Positions 19,946 through 29,992 of a stretch of DNA of 64,000 nucleotides are shown here, one piece after another (the stretch's first letter is position 1; every line of letters starts with the position of its first letter). The notes below the pieces were generated by a model. It was not told where the DNA came from and ran no database searches. It saw only the letters and a program-made list of their open reading frames with translations. Origin of the DNA: an uncultured Gemmatimonadales bacterium (lineage in GTDB: Bacteria > Gemmatimonadota > Gemmatimonadetes > Gemmatimonadales > GWC2-71-9); assembly GCA_963739455.1 (NCBI GenBank), contig CAVUAK010000001.1, positions 384,001 through 448,000 on the forward strand, given 5' to 3'. The translations under genes and the position numbers were made by a program.

Positions 19946-21402
19946 TATTTCGAGTAGTTCGGTGCCTCGCGCGTGATCGTCACATCGTGGGGATGCGACT
20001 CACGGAGGCCGGCGGTGGTGATCTGGACCATTTCCACGTCGCGCTGCAGCGACGCGATATCGGCGACGCCGCAGTACCCCATGCCACTGCGCAATCCGCC
20101 AACCATCTGGAAGAGCACGTCGCCCACAGGGCCGCGGTAAGGCACGCGGCCCTCGATGCCCTCGGGCACCAGTTTGGACGGTGACATCTCGCCGTCCTGG
20201 AAGTAGCGGTCGGCAGACCCGTCCTGCATCGCCGACAGGCTGCCCATGCCACGAATCATCTTGAAACGACGGCCCTCGGCGAGCACCGACTCACCGGGAC
20301 TCTCCTCGGTGCCCGCAAGCATCGAGCCCATCATGACACACGACGCCCCGGAGGCCAGTGCCTTCACGATGTCGCCGGAGTACTTGATGCCGCCGTCGGC
20401 CACGATGGGCACGTCACCCGCGCCCCGCACGGCGTCCATCACCGCGGTGATCTGCGGTACGCCGACACCGGTAACGACGCGCGTGGTGCAGATGCTGCCC
20501 GGCCCGATGCCGACCTTCACCGCATCGACGCCGCGGCGCACCAGTTCGCGCGCACCTTCCTCGGTGGCAACGTTGCCGGCCACGAGTTGCACGTCGGGAA
20601 ATCCCTGGCGGATGGCATCGACGGTCATGAGGACGCCGTCACTGTGGCCATGCGCCGAATCGATGACGAGCACGTCGACGCCGGATTGCACCAGCGCAGC
20701 GGCCCGGGTGTGCGCCTCAGGGCCGGTGCCCAGCGCCGCGGCCACGCGCAGGCGGCCGTGCTGGTCCTTGTTCGCGTCAGGGTGCTCACGGCGCTTGAAG
20801 ATGTCCTTCACCGTGATGAGCCCGCGGAGCACACCCTGAGCGTCCACCACCGGCAGCTTCTCGATGCGGTGCTTCGCCAGGATGCGCTCCGCCTCGTCGA
20901 GCGTCGTGCCCACCGGGGCGGTCACCAGGCGGTCCTTCGTCATGGCGTCGCGGATCGGCTGGTCGAGGTTGCGCTCGAACTGCAGGTCGCGGTTGGTGAT
21001 GATACCGATCAGCCGGCCCTCGCCGTCCACGATCGGAACGCCGGAGATCTTGAAGCGGCGCATGAGCCCGTGGGCCTCGCGCAGCGGCCGGTCGGCGCCG
21101 AGCGTGATCGGGTTCATGATCATCCCGCTCTCGCTGCGCTTCACCCGGTCCACCTCCGCCGCCTGGCGGTCGATGGACATGTTCTTGTGCAGCACGCCGA
21201 TGCCACCGGAACGGGCCATGGCAATCGCCATGTCGGCCTCGGTAACGGTGTCCATGGCGGCGGCGACGAACGGGATATTGAGCGGGATGGTGCGGGTGAA
21301 GCGGCTGACGATCGAGACATCGCGCGGGTGCACGCTCGAGTGCCGGGGCACGAGCAGCACGTCATCGAACGTGAGCGCGATACCAGGTCGGATTCGACTC
21401 AT
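19945..21402 (-). CDS. guaB: IMP dehydrogenase
   Basis: [17 protein letters not shown] pair, [16 protein letters not shown] and PEGIEG. Confidence 0.98.
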   Translation of the reverse strand: MSRIRPGIALTFDDVLLVPRHSSVHPRDVSIVSRFTRTIPLNIPFVAAAMDTVTEADMAIAMARSGGIGVLHKNMSIDRQAAEVDRVKRSESGMIMNPITLGADRPLREAHGLMRRFKISGVPIVDGEGRLIGIITNRDLQFERNLDQPIRDAMTKDRLVTAPVGTTLDEAERILAKHRIEKLPVVDAQGVLRGLITVKDIFKRREHPDANKDQHGRLRVAAALGTGPEAHTRAAALVQSGVDVLVIDSAHGHSDGVLMTVDAIRQGFPDVQLVAGNVATEEGARELVRRGVDAVKVGIGPGSICTTRVVTGVGVPQITAVMDAVRGAGDVPIVADGGIKYSGDIVKALASGASCVMMGSMLAGTEESPGESVLAEGRRFKMIRGMGSLSAMQDGSADRYFQDGEMSPSKLVPEGIEGRVPYRGPVGDVLFQMVGGLRSGMGYCGVADIASLQRDVEMVQITTAGLRESHPHDVTITREAPNYSK

Positions 21403-21512
21403 GTGAGGCGCTGGCGGACGGGGGACTGGCTGGCGATTCGATTGTCTGGCGAACTGGGAGGCAACATCCTGAAGCCTACGCCCCGGGACACCCTAAATCA
21501 AGCCGAGCGGGG

Positions 21513-23351
21513 TCACGAAAGGAGCCCGCCCACGTCGCCCGGCCCCTCCTCGTTGCGCCCCCGGGGAATACCCCGTGGCGCTGCGCCGAACAATGCGACG
21601 CTCCTGATTTCACTGTCGATGGCGAGCAGCAGGCCATCGAGCTCCTCGATCGCCTTCCTGAGCGCATACCGGAACATGTAGCGATAGCTCGCGAATCCGA
21701 GGACGCCGGCCACGAGCACGCCACCCGCGAGCGGGAGCGCCAGCGCGGCGGCGGCGATGCCGGCCTTCGCCGCGGCGGTGAGGCCGATGCCGCCGCCAAT
21801 GACGCCGGTGCCGCCGGTCCACCAGCGGCTGAAGCGATAATTGGCGCGCACGCCCGGCCGGAGATCCCCATAGATGGAAATCTCGGTGCCGCCGTCACCG
21901 GCCAGGGCATGCAGCCGCACCTGGAGCCGGCGCAATTCGATCTGCTGCAGTCGGTAGCTGAACATCGACATACCCTGCGATGACAGGAACTGTGCCGTGA
22001 CGGCGGCAGGCACGTCGAACAGCAGGATCCCGCCGTCCAGGGGGTGGCCCCCCTGCGACTCGAGGAAGCGCATGCCATACGGATGGCCCGGCGCAATGCG
22101 GCCGAGCGCCTCCAGCACGCGGGCCGGCGATGCCCGGATCACCCGCGACACCGACACGCTCCGCTGGCTGGAACCCAGCGCAACGGTCGCCGCCCGATCC
22201 TCCCGGTCCGTCATCACCGAGGCTGCCACGGCTGTTGGCGCCGGCAGTTCCGCCAGTGCGAGAGCCACGAATTCGTCGCCGATTCCCACCTCAGCCGCGG
22301 CTGCGGCGACGTCGGCGAGCCGGTAGCCATCGGTCGGCACGGCCCCGTCCGGCGCGCCGGGCAGCAACTCCTTCCGGGATCGCGCCTCGATCCGGCTCGC
22401 CGCCTCCATCTGCAGCTGTGCCGCCCGGAGCCACACCGCCTGGGCCTGCCCCGCGCTCAACACCTGGTCGAGTGCCATGCCACCCGCGGGCGTCACCGAC
22501 ACCTCCTGCTCCAGCGCGGCGGCCAATGCGGCGGCCAGCGCTTCTCCCGAGGGATGCCGCTCGTCGGGCGCCTTCGCGAGCGCGCGGTCGATGACGCGCG
22601 CGAGACTCTCGGGAACATCGGGCGCGACGTCGCGCAAGCGTGGCGCCGGCTTCGTCGCGTGCATGACCAGGACGGCGCCGGGAGCCACCGCCGAGAATGG
22701 CAGCTGGCCCGCCAGCGCCTGGAATCCAATGACGCCAAGCGCATACAGGTCGCTTCGACCGTCGACGGCGTCGCCGGTGGCCTGCTCCGGGCTCATGTAG
22801 TGCACCGAGCCCAGCACGTGACCCTCCTGCGTCAGCGACGTCGCGCGGATATCGCGCGCAATGCCGAAGTCGGTGACGAGCACCCGACCCGTGGCCCGCT
22901 CCAGCATCACGTTCTCCGGCTTGATGTCCCGGTGAATGACCCCGCGCGCGTGTGCGTAAGCCAGTGCCCAGGCCACTTCGCGAAGGATGCGCACCGTCTC
23001 CGCCGGTGACAGGCGACCACGCGCCTTGATATGGTCAGCCAGCGTCTCCCCGTCCACGAACCCCATGGCGAAGAACGCGAAGCCGTTGCTTTCATCGGCG
23101 TGGTAGATCGGGACGATGTTGGGGTGGGAAAGCTGCGCCGCCGTGCGGGCCTCGCGCAGGAATCGCTCGCGCAGCTCGGGAGAACGGGCGAGATCAGGTG
23201 GCAGCACCTTGAGCGCAACCTGGCGCTCGAGCCGCAGCTCGCGCGCCAGGTAGACGACCCCCATGCCGCCCCGGCCGAGTTCACGCTCCAATCGGTATCG
23301 CCCGTCCAGCGCCTCAGCGAGCCCGACGAGCGGTTGAAGCGTTCCCGTCAT
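21513..23351 (-). CDS. Hanks-type Ser/Thr protein kinase with C-terminal membrane region
   Basis: LGRGGMGVVY, VALK, HRDIKPEN, TDFGIA, YMSPEQ; hydrophobic Gly/Ala-rich segments near the C-terminus. Confidence 0.95.
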   Translation of the reverse strand: MTGTLQPLVGLAEALDGRYRLERELGRGGMGVVYLARELRLERQVALKVLPPDLARSPELRERFLREARTAAQLSHPNIVPIYHADESNGFAFFAMGFVDGETLADHIKARGRLSPAETVRILREVAWALAYAHARGVIHRDIKPENVMLERATGRVLVTDFGIARDIRATSLTQEGHVLGSVHYMSPEQATGDAVDGRSDLYALGVIGFQALAGQLPFSAVAPGAVLVMHATKPAPRLRDVAPDVPESLARVIDRALAKAPDERHPSGEALAAALAAALEQEVSVTPAGGMALDQVLSAGQAQAVWLRAAQLQMEAASRIEARSRKELLPGAPDGAVPTDGYRLADVAAAAAEVGIGDEFVALALAELPAPTAVAASVMTDREDRAATVALGSSQRSVSVSRVIRASPARVLEALGRIAPGHPYGMRFLESQGGHPLDGGILLFDVPAAVTAQFLSSQGMSMFSYRLQQIELRRLQVRLHALAGDGGTEISIYGDLRPGVRANYRFSRWWTGGTGVIGGGIGLTAAAKAGIAAAALALPLAGGVLVAGVLGFASYRYMFRYALRKAIEELDGLLLAIDSEIRSVALFGAAPRGIPRGRNEEGPGDVGGLLS

Positions 23352-24823
23352 GCCTTATCGGCGCGTCGCCAGAGCAGGTATACCGGAATGCCGAGTGCCA
23401 CGATCAACAACCCGAACGCGGAGAACTTCCGCTTGTCAGGATCTACCAGCAGGACCACCAGCAGGAAGGCGATCGACAGGATGTAGAGCGCCGGGACCAC
23501 CGGGTATCCGAATGCCTTCACCGGCCGCGGCAGGTCGGGCTGCAGCTTCCTCAGCCGGAACAGCGCCACCGTGGTGAGCAGGTAGAAAATGAGTGCGGCG
23601 AAGATGACGTAGTCGAGCAGCTGTCCGTATGTCCCGGTGAGGCAGAGCGCCATCGCCCAGGCCGCCTGGGCCAGCAGGCCGAAGGTCGGCGTGTGCCTGG
23701 TCGGGTGCAGCGTGCCCGCCGGCTTGAAGAACAGCCGGTCGCGCGCCATCGCGTAGTACACCCGCGGTCCCGCCAGGATGAGCCCGTTGTTGCAGCCAAA
23801 CGTGGAGATCAGGATCGCGATCGCCATCACGATGGCACCCGTCGGGCCAATCACCGCCTCGAGCGCCGCCGTGCCAACGCGGTCCTGGGACGCGTAGCTG
23901 ATGCCACGCTCGAACGCATCGGCGCCGGTGGGCTGGCCACCGAACGGCAGCACGTTGAGGTACGCCACGTTCGCGAGGATGTACAGCAGGCTGACCAGGC
24001 CGGTACCATAGGCAAGCGCCCGCGGCAGGTTCTTCTGTGGCTCGCGCACCTCTGCCGCCGCGAAGGTCACGTTGTTCCAGGCGTCACTGGAGAAAAGCGA
24101 GCCCACCATCGCCGCGCCCACCACCGGGAGCATCGCGAGCCCCCAGGACTTGGCACCCCAGAAGGTGTCGAAGTTCATCGCGGAAATGGCCGGCTGCCGG
24201 AAGATGAACAGCCCGAGCATGATGAGCGCCACCAGTGCGCCCACTTTCGCCACCGTGAACACCGTCTGGATAGCGGCACCGAGCCGCACACCGCGCATGT
24301 TCACGACGGTGAGCACCGCGATCATCACCACCGCCACCATGCGCTGGTTCGAGAGGCCGAGCTCGATCGTGCCGCCCGGCAGGTTGAGCGAGCCGAGCTT
24401 GAGGAATACGTCGGGCGTCACCCCGGGCAACAGCACCGCGAGGAACTTGGCGAACGCCACCGCCACTGCGGCGATGGTGCCGGTCTGGATGACGGTGAAC
24501 AGCGTCCAGCCATAGAGGAATCCGGCGGCGGGCGAGAGCCCCTCGCGCAGGAAGACGTACTGGCCGCCCACGTTCGGCAGCATGGCCGCGAGCTCGGCGT
24601 AGGCAAGCGCACCCGCCAGTGTCATGAGCCCCGTCAACAGCCACACCAGCAGCAGGCCACCAGGCCCCCAGCCCGCCACCTGGCGGCTGATATCGGCGGA
24701 GACGATGAAGATGCCCGAGCCGATCATGGAGCCCACGACGAGCGACGTGGCGGCAAGTGGGCCGATGCCGCGCACAAACTGGTCGCGGTCCGGCGCGGGT
24801 GGCGCGTCGTTCGGGTTGGTCAT
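23348..24823 (-). CDS. APC-family amino acid permease (LAT type)
   Basis: GSMIGSGIF, GGQYVFL, FSSDAWNN, AGPRVYYAMARD and FGYPVVP. Confidence 0.95.
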   Translation of the reverse strand: MTNPNDAPPAPDRDQFVRGIGPLAATSLVVGSMIGSGIFIVSADISRQVAGWGPGGLLLVWLLTGLMTLAGALAYAELAAMLPNVGGQYVFLREGLSPAAGFLYGWTLFTVIQTGTIAAVAVAFAKFLAVLLPGVTPDVFLKLGSLNLPGGTIELGLSNQRMVAVVMIAVLTVVNMRGVRLGAAIQTVFTVAKVGALVALIMLGLFIFRQPAISAMNFDTFWGAKSWGLAMLPVVGAAMVGSLFSSDAWNNVTFAAAEVREPQKNLPRALAYGTGLVSLLYILANVAYLNVLPFGGQPTGADAFERGISYASQDRVGTAALEAVIGPTGAIVMAIAILISTFGCNNGLILAGPRVYYAMARDRLFFKPAGTLHPTRHTPTFGLLAQAAWAMALCLTGTYGQLLDYVIFAALIFYLLTTVALFRLRKLQPDLPRPVKAFGYPVVPALYILSIAFLLVVLLVDPDKRKFSAFGLLIVALGIPVYLLWRRADKA

Positions 24824-24864
24824 GTATTGGTGGGTAAGGGGTGGGCGGGAGCGGGGCGCGAGCC

Positions 24865-25239
24865 TCAGCTCGCGCTTTCACGTGGCGGTTCGAGCTTCTC
24901 GGGCGCCTTCGGCACTGGCGGTGCGGGACGGCTTGGCGGTGCCTGTGCCACGTTGATGGCCTCGTCCACCACCGCCTGGCCGGCGGCCGCGAGGCCCTTC
25001 ATCACCTTGGTGGCGCTGTCCATCAGCCCCATCGTGCCGGAGATCGCCTGGATCGGGAGCTTCCCCGCCCGCATCGTGTCTTCAACCGTCTCGGTGATCT
25101 TCGCCAGGAACCCGGTGGGCCGCTGCCGCTCCGCGTAGCGGCTCTCGAGAAACTCGACGAAATCGAGCACCTGGTAGGCCCGGTCGTCGGGCAGGGTATC
25201 GAGCGCGCGCAGGATGCGCTGCTTCAGAAGGTCGTTCAT
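24865..25239 (-). CDS. Hypothetical protein (DUF2281-like N-terminus)
   Basis: GGAGG RBS; LPDDRAYQVLDFVEFL. Confidence 0.75.
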   Translation of the reverse strand: MNDLLKQRILRALDTLPDDRAYQVLDFVEFLESRYAERQRPTGFLAKITETVEDTMRAGKLPIQAISGTMGLMDSATKVMKGLAAAGQAVVDEAINVAQAPPSRPAPPVPKAPEKLEPPRESAS

Positions 25240-25341
25240 GTCATTGCCTCCGGGTCGCCGCCACTACGCAGGGACGCTGGAAATGTGTCGCACCCGGCGA
25301 ATCCCTGCCAATCGCCACCGCCCTACCCGTCCTCCCCGCCT

Positions 25342-26574
25342 TCACGCCCTCGAGACCAGGTCCACGCTCCCCGGCTCATCCTGCCGCGGCGCCCCGTCCT
25401 GCTTGGTGAGCAGCTGCTTGAGCAGGATCGGTGCGAGGAAGGTCGTGGCCATCACCATCATGGCACAGGCGGCGAAGAGCTTCTCGTCCAGCACCCCGGT
25501 CACGACGCCCGCGGTCGCAAAGATGAGCCCCACTTCGCCCCGAGGGATCATCCCCACCCCGATGACCACCTTGCGACCCTTCCACCAGAACGGCGCCCAG
25601 CCCGCCACCACCTTGCCGGCCACGGCGCACACGGTGAGGATGCCGCCCACGAGCAGGACACGGGGATCGGCAAACGCGCGCGCGTCCACCAGCGCGCCCA
25701 CGTGCGCGAAGAAGAGCGGCACGAAGAAGTAGCCGATGCGCACCACCCCTTCCTCGATCTGGTGCACCTGCGGGGTCGGCGCGAAGAGCAGCCCCGCCGT
25801 GAAGGCGCCGATGATGAGCGCCGAGCCGACCCGGTCGGCGAGCACCGCCACGAGGAATGCGAGGGTGAGCGCCATGACCGGGAGCGAGGGTCCCTTGCCG
25901 TAGCGCGCCACGAGCCGCACCAGCGGCGGCACGACCCGGCTGCCGATCAGCACGGCAGCGACGATGAACCCGAACGCCGTCACGGTGTTGCGCGCGACGT
26001 TGCCCAGCGTCACCTCGCCGCCCGCCACCACGTCGCTCACCACCGCGAGGATGATGAGGCCGATCACGTCGTCGATGACGGCCGCGCCGAGCACCACCTG
26101 GCTCTCGGGGTCCTGCAGCCGCCCCAGGTCGGAAAGCACCCTTGCCGTGATGCCGACCGACGTGGCCGTGAGCGTGGCACCCAGCACCAGCGCGGCCAGC
26201 TGCGGGAGCCCGAGCGCCTTGGCCGCGAGGAAGCCCAGCGAGAAGGGCACGACGACACCCACCGTGGCCACGGCGAACGCAGCCGAACCCACCTTCATCA
26301 TCTTTCGCAGGTCGGTCTCGAGCCCGATCTGGAAGAGCAGGATGATGACGCCGATTTCAGAGAACGCCTCGATGACCGGCTGGTGCGGATCCACCAGGCG
26401 CATCAGCGACGGACCCAGCAGCACGCCGGCGATGAGTTCGCCGATGACCGCCGCCTGGCCCATGCGCTCAAAGACGTCACCGAGCAGCTTCGCGAGCGCC
26501 AGCATCGCCGCGAGGACCAGCAGCAGCGACGAAATCGAGGTGGCGGTGGATGCCGGGTCGGCGTTCAGCAGCAT
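25342..26574 (-). CDS. Cation:proton antiporter (CPA2/NapA-like)
   Basis: IGELIAGVLLGPS, GLETD, ATSVGIT, AAVIDD and GMIPRGEVGL. Confidence 0.95.
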   Translation of the reverse strand: MLLNADPASTATSISSLLLVLAAMLALAKLLGDVFERMGQAAVIGELIAGVLLGPSLMRLVDPHQPVIEAFSEIGVIILLFQIGLETDLRKMMKVGSAAFAVATVGVVVPFSLGFLAAKALGLPQLAALVLGATLTATSVGITARVLSDLGRLQDPESQVVLGAAVIDDVIGLIILAVVSDVVAGGEVTLGNVARNTVTAFGFIVAAVLIGSRVVPPLVRLVARYGKGPSLPVMALTLAFLVAVLADRVGSALIIGAFTAGLLFAPTPQVHQIEEGVVRIGYFFVPLFFAHVGALVDARAFADPRVLLVGGILTVCAVAGKVVAGWAPFWWKGRKVVIGVGMIPRGEVGLIFATAGVVTGVLDEKLFAACAMMVMATTFLAPILLKQLLTKQDGAPRQDEPGSVDLVSRA

Positions 26575-27242
26575 CAGCGGCCGGTGCTGTCGACGACCGC
26601 CACCAGTTCAGCCACCGGGGTGGGGAGGTACCGCGTGCTCGCAGCCCGGATGGTGACGCGCAATGTCATCTCGGCGAGTGGTGGCAGTGCCTTGAAGCGC
26701 GGCACCGACGTGCGCGGCAGCATGACGTACACGAAGCCGGGCTCCGGCAGTGGACCGCGCATCAGGAGGTACTGCTGGCCCGCGGGAATTTCCGGTCGCA
26801 GTTCATCGGCGGTCTGGATGCTCACCAGCTGCAGCCGCCAGTCGAGTGTCTTGCCCACGTAGCGCGTGGGATCAGCCCGCACTTCGGCCGCCGACACGCC
26901 GAGCGTGGCGCTGCCACTCTCCGGCTTGAGGTCGGACGCGCGCACCCACCCCTCGAACTGCACCCGCACCCATTCGCCACTCTGGCCCAGCACGCGGCCC
27001 TTCGCGCCCAGCGCCAGGTTGCCGAGGGTGCCACTGCCCGGCTGGACGTAGATGTCTGATGGATTGGCGAGTTCGATCGCATCCGGGAGGGTTGGGCCCG
27101 CAGGTGCCGTCGCGACTGGTGCCGGGGGTGCCGATGGCTTCCTGGATTGCTGCGCGGACAGCGGCGTCGCGAGGATCGCGCACACCGCCAGCGCGGCTGG
27201 ATGCCAGCGGAAGGGAGGACTAGATTGCGGCGCTCCGAACAC
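26574..27242 (-). CDS. Secreted hypothetical protein with SH3-like segment
   Basis: Signal-like ALAVCAILATPLSAQ; GEWVRVQFEGWV. Confidence 0.65.
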   Translation of the reverse strand: MFGAPQSSPPFRWHPAALAVCAILATPLSAQQSRKPSAPPAPVATAPAGPTLPDAIELANPSDIYVQPGSGTLGNLALGAKGRVLGQSGEWVRVQFEGWVRASDLKPESGSATLGVSAAEVRADPTRYVGKTLDWRLQLVSIQTADELRPEIPAGQQYLLMRGPLPEPGFVYVMLPRTSVPRFKALPPLAEMTLRVTIRAASTRYLPTPVAELVAVVDSTGR

Positions 27243-27272
27243 GATGGCCCATCTTAGACGGCGCGGAGAGGC

Positions 27273-28826
27273 ATGTCAAACGACGTCGGGCATCGTGGAC
27301 CGGTTGTGCTCGTGGTCCTCGACGGGTGGGGTTACCGGCCTGAACGCGAGGGCAATGCCATCGCGCTCGCGCGTGCGCCAACCTGGGAGCGACTCTGGGG
27401 CCGCTTTCCGCGCACGCTGCTCGACGCGAGCGAACTCGCCGTCGGGCTCCCCATCGGCCAGATGGGCAATAGCGAGGTAGGCCACCTCAATCTCGGCGCT
27501 GGTCGCGTGGTACCGCAGGACCTCGTGCGCATCTCGCAGAGCATCGAGCGGGGTGAGTTCTACCAGCTGGCGGTGCTGCAGGAGCTTGGCGCCTGGCTTC
27601 GGCAGACCGGCGGCACCCTCCACCTGGTCGGGCTGCTCGGCCCCGGCGGCGTGCATGCCCTCGACCGCCACCTGCTGGCCTGCGTCGAGCTTGGTGTGCG
27701 CCTCAAGGTGCCACACATCGCGATCCACGGGTTCCTGGACGGGCGCGATTCGGCGCCCACACTCGGCGCCGAGGTGGTGCGCACCCTGCTGCTCGACATG
27801 CGCCGCATTGCGGGAAGCCGCGTCGACATCGCCTCGCTGACCGGACGGTACTACGGGATGGACCGCGACAAGCGGTGGGACCGGACCCGGGCCGCCTATG
27901 ATGCCATCGCGCATGGCGTCGGCATTGCGGCGGAACATCCCGTCCTCGCGGTGCAGGCGGCCTACCAGCGCGGCGAAACCGACGAGTTCGTGCGGCCGCT
28001 CGTGCATCACCGCAACGGGCTGCCGGTCGCCACGGTCAAGGATGGCGACGGCATCTTCTTCTTCAATTACCGGAGCGACCGGATGCGCCAGATCGTCGCG
28101 GCACTGGGCGTCGATGGCTTCGCCGGTTTCGACACCGGTCGCAGGCCGGCGATCCGTTGCGCCACCATGACGCAGTACGACCAGACATTTCCCATTCCCC
28201 AGGCATTCCCGCCCTTCACGCTGGCGCACATCCTGGCCGAGGTGCTGGCCGACAACGGGCGCACGCAGCTTCGCACCGCCGAAACGGAGAAGTATCCGCA
28301 CGTCACCTATTTCTTCAACGGCGGGTTCGAGCCTCCCTACAAGGGAGAGGAGCGCCTGCTGGTGCAGTCGCCCCGCGTGGCGACGTACGATCTCGCGCCT
28401 GAAATGAGCGCGGCGGGTGTCACCGATGCGCTCTGTGGTGCCCTCACGAAGCGGCAGCATGATTTCCTGCTCTGCAATTTCGCGAACGCCGACATGGTGG
28501 GTCACACCGGGGTCATGCCGGCCGTCATCAAGGCGGTGGAAACGGTCGACACCTGCCTCCAGCGCATTCTCACGAGCGCGGAACAGGCCGGCGCCGCGGT
28601 GCTCGTCACCGCCGACCACGGCAATTGCGAGATGATGATCGACCCGTCCACCGGTGGGCCCCACACGGCGCACACCACCAATCCCGTTCCCCTCGTTGCC
28701 GTCACCGGGGCCGACACGCCCCTTCGGACCGGCGGCTCCCTTCGCGATGTCGCGCCCACGGTGCTCGGGCTCCTGGGTGTCGATCCCCCGGACGACATGA
28801 CCGGTCGCGACCTCCGATTCCCATGA
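27273..28826 (+). CDS. gpmI: 2,3-bisphosphoglycerate-independent phosphoglycerate mutase
   Basis: LDGWG, MGNSEVGH, GGVH, DGRD, AETEKYPH, DMVGH and TADHGN. Confidence 0.98.
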   Translation: MSNDVGHRGPVVLVVLDGWGYRPEREGNAIALARAPTWERLWGRFPRTLLDASELAVGLPIGQMGNSEVGHLNLGAGRVVPQDLVRISQSIERGEFYQLAVLQELGAWLRQTGGTLHLVGLLGPGGVHALDRHLLACVELGVRLKVPHIAIHGFLDGRDSAPTLGAEVVRTLLLDMRRIAGSRVDIASLTGRYYGMDRDKRWDRTRAAYDAIAHGVGIAAEHPVLAVQAAYQRGETDEFVRPLVHHRNGLPVATVKDGDGIFFFNYRSDRMRQIVAALGVDGFAGFDTGRRPAIRCATMTQYDQTFPIPQAFPPFTLAHILAEVLADNGRTQLRTAETEKYPHVTYFFNGGFEPPYKGEERLLVQSPRVATYDLAPEMSAAGVTDALCGALTKRQHDFLLCNFANADMVGHTGVMPAVIKAVETVDTCLQRILTSAEQAGAAVLVTADHGNCEMMIDPSTGGPHTAHTTNPVPLVAVTGADTPLRTGGSLRDVAPTVLGLLGVDPPDDMTGRDLRFP

Positions 28827-29506
28827 GTTGCATGCGCCTCGCTCTCCTGCTCCTGCTGGCCGTGCCCGCCGCCCCTGCCATGGCGCAGGTCGGTCACGAC
28901 CCGGCCAAGTCGCCCTACCGCGACATCCGCTACGACCACAACCTCACCGCGTACGCCAGCTATTTCGACGGCGGCGGTGGCACGCTCGGCATCGGTGTCC
29001 ACGATGGCTGGATGTACGGCCTGCGGTACCAGCTGCGCGCCAACCGGTTCATCTCCTTCGGTCTCGGCGTGAGCTACGGTCCCGACCTCCACCGGAACAT
29101 CATCGACCCCTTCGCGCCGGTGGGGGAGCGCGTGCTCGGGCCGGTGCAGATCCGCGTGTGGATCCCCGAGGTGCTGCTGCAGTTCAACCTGACGGCCAAC
29201 AAGAGCTGGCACCGCGTCGCGCCCTACGGCGGCTTCGGGTTTGGCGCAGGCTTCTCGTCCACCGCCCCGACGGATACCGTCTACCGCAGCAGCGTGCGGT
29301 TTGTCTTCACTCCCTATGTCGGCACGCGGCTCTTTCTCGCGAGCAGGGTGGCCCTGCGCCTCGAGGCCCGCATGCCGCTCTACAAGATCTCCTATCCCGA
29401 TGCGTACTTCGTTCCCGAGGAGCCCATCATCGGGAACGACGGCGAGTGGGTCGCGTCGGGCTGGTACTTCGTCGGCCTGAGCTACAACTTCACGCTGAGC
29501 AAATGA
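28823..29506 (+). CDS. Secreted, probable outer-membrane beta-barrel protein
   Basis: Signal peptide, alternating aromatic/Gly strands, terminal GLSYNF. Confidence 0.65.
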   Translation: MSCMRLALLLLLAVPAAPAMAQVGHDPAKSPYRDIRYDHNLTAYASYFDGGGGTLGIGVHDGWMYGLRYQLRANRFISFGLGVSYGPDLHRNIIDPFAPVGERVLGPVQIRVWIPEVLLQFNLTANKSWHRVAPYGGFGFGAGFSSTAPTDTVYRSSVRFVFTPYVGTRLFLASRVALRLEARMPLYKISYPDAYFVPEEPIIGNDGEWVASGWYFVGLSYNFTLSK

Positions 29507-29922
29507 TCACCCGCAGCAGCCTGACGCGAACGGTGACCTTCTTCGCATTGCACCACCTGCGGCGCGAGGACTGGAGCGACGCGCGAAACCTGGAGGTGTT
29601 CGGTTCCCTCAGTGATCGCGCCGGCCACGGCCACGACTACACCTGCACCGTGCGGGTGAGTGGCCCGCTCGAGCATGGCATGGTGATGGACCTCGCTGAG
29701 CTGGACCGGTTGCTCGACCTCGTGGTGCGCGCACCACTGGCCGGGCGCCACCTCAACCTCGACATTCCCGAGTTCGGGCGCGGCGGGACCCTCCCGACCT
29801 GCGAGGCATTGGCGGACTACGTCTACCGGCGGCTCCTGCCACGGCTCCCGGCTGAGCTGAACCTCGACCTCGTGCGAATCGCCGAGGATGCAACCTTGTC
29901 GGGCGAGGCGGGCAGCACCTGA
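29503..29922 (+). CDS. 6-pyruvoyl/6-carboxy-tetrahydropterin synthase family protein (PTPS/QueD-like) lacking the catalytic Cys
   Basis: FFALH, NLEVFG, HGHDY, GMVMDL, HLNLD, PTCE and IAED; ATGA overlap with the upstream gene. Confidence 0.85.
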   Translation: MITRSSLTRTVTFFALHHLRREDWSDARNLEVFGSLSDRAGHGHDYTCTVRVSGPLEHGMVMDLAELDRLLDLVVRAPLAGRHLNLDIPEFGRGGTLPTCEALADYVYRRLLPRLPAELNLDLVRIAEDATLSGEAGST

Positions 29923-29992
29923 CCGCCGTGTGTCTCCCGGTTGCCCGCCCGTCGTCCCCACGCAGGAACCGACCTGGAAAATCGAGCAGATC

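Noticed and set aside
21403..21512. Purine riboswitch upstream of guaB
   Set aside because: No recognisable aptamer consensus or terminator.
24841..26862. Long antisense ORFs (also 18377-19957, 9186-10547, 60399-61985)
   Set aside because: They shadow well-supported genes on the other strand, lack recognisable motifs and are expected at about 70% GC.
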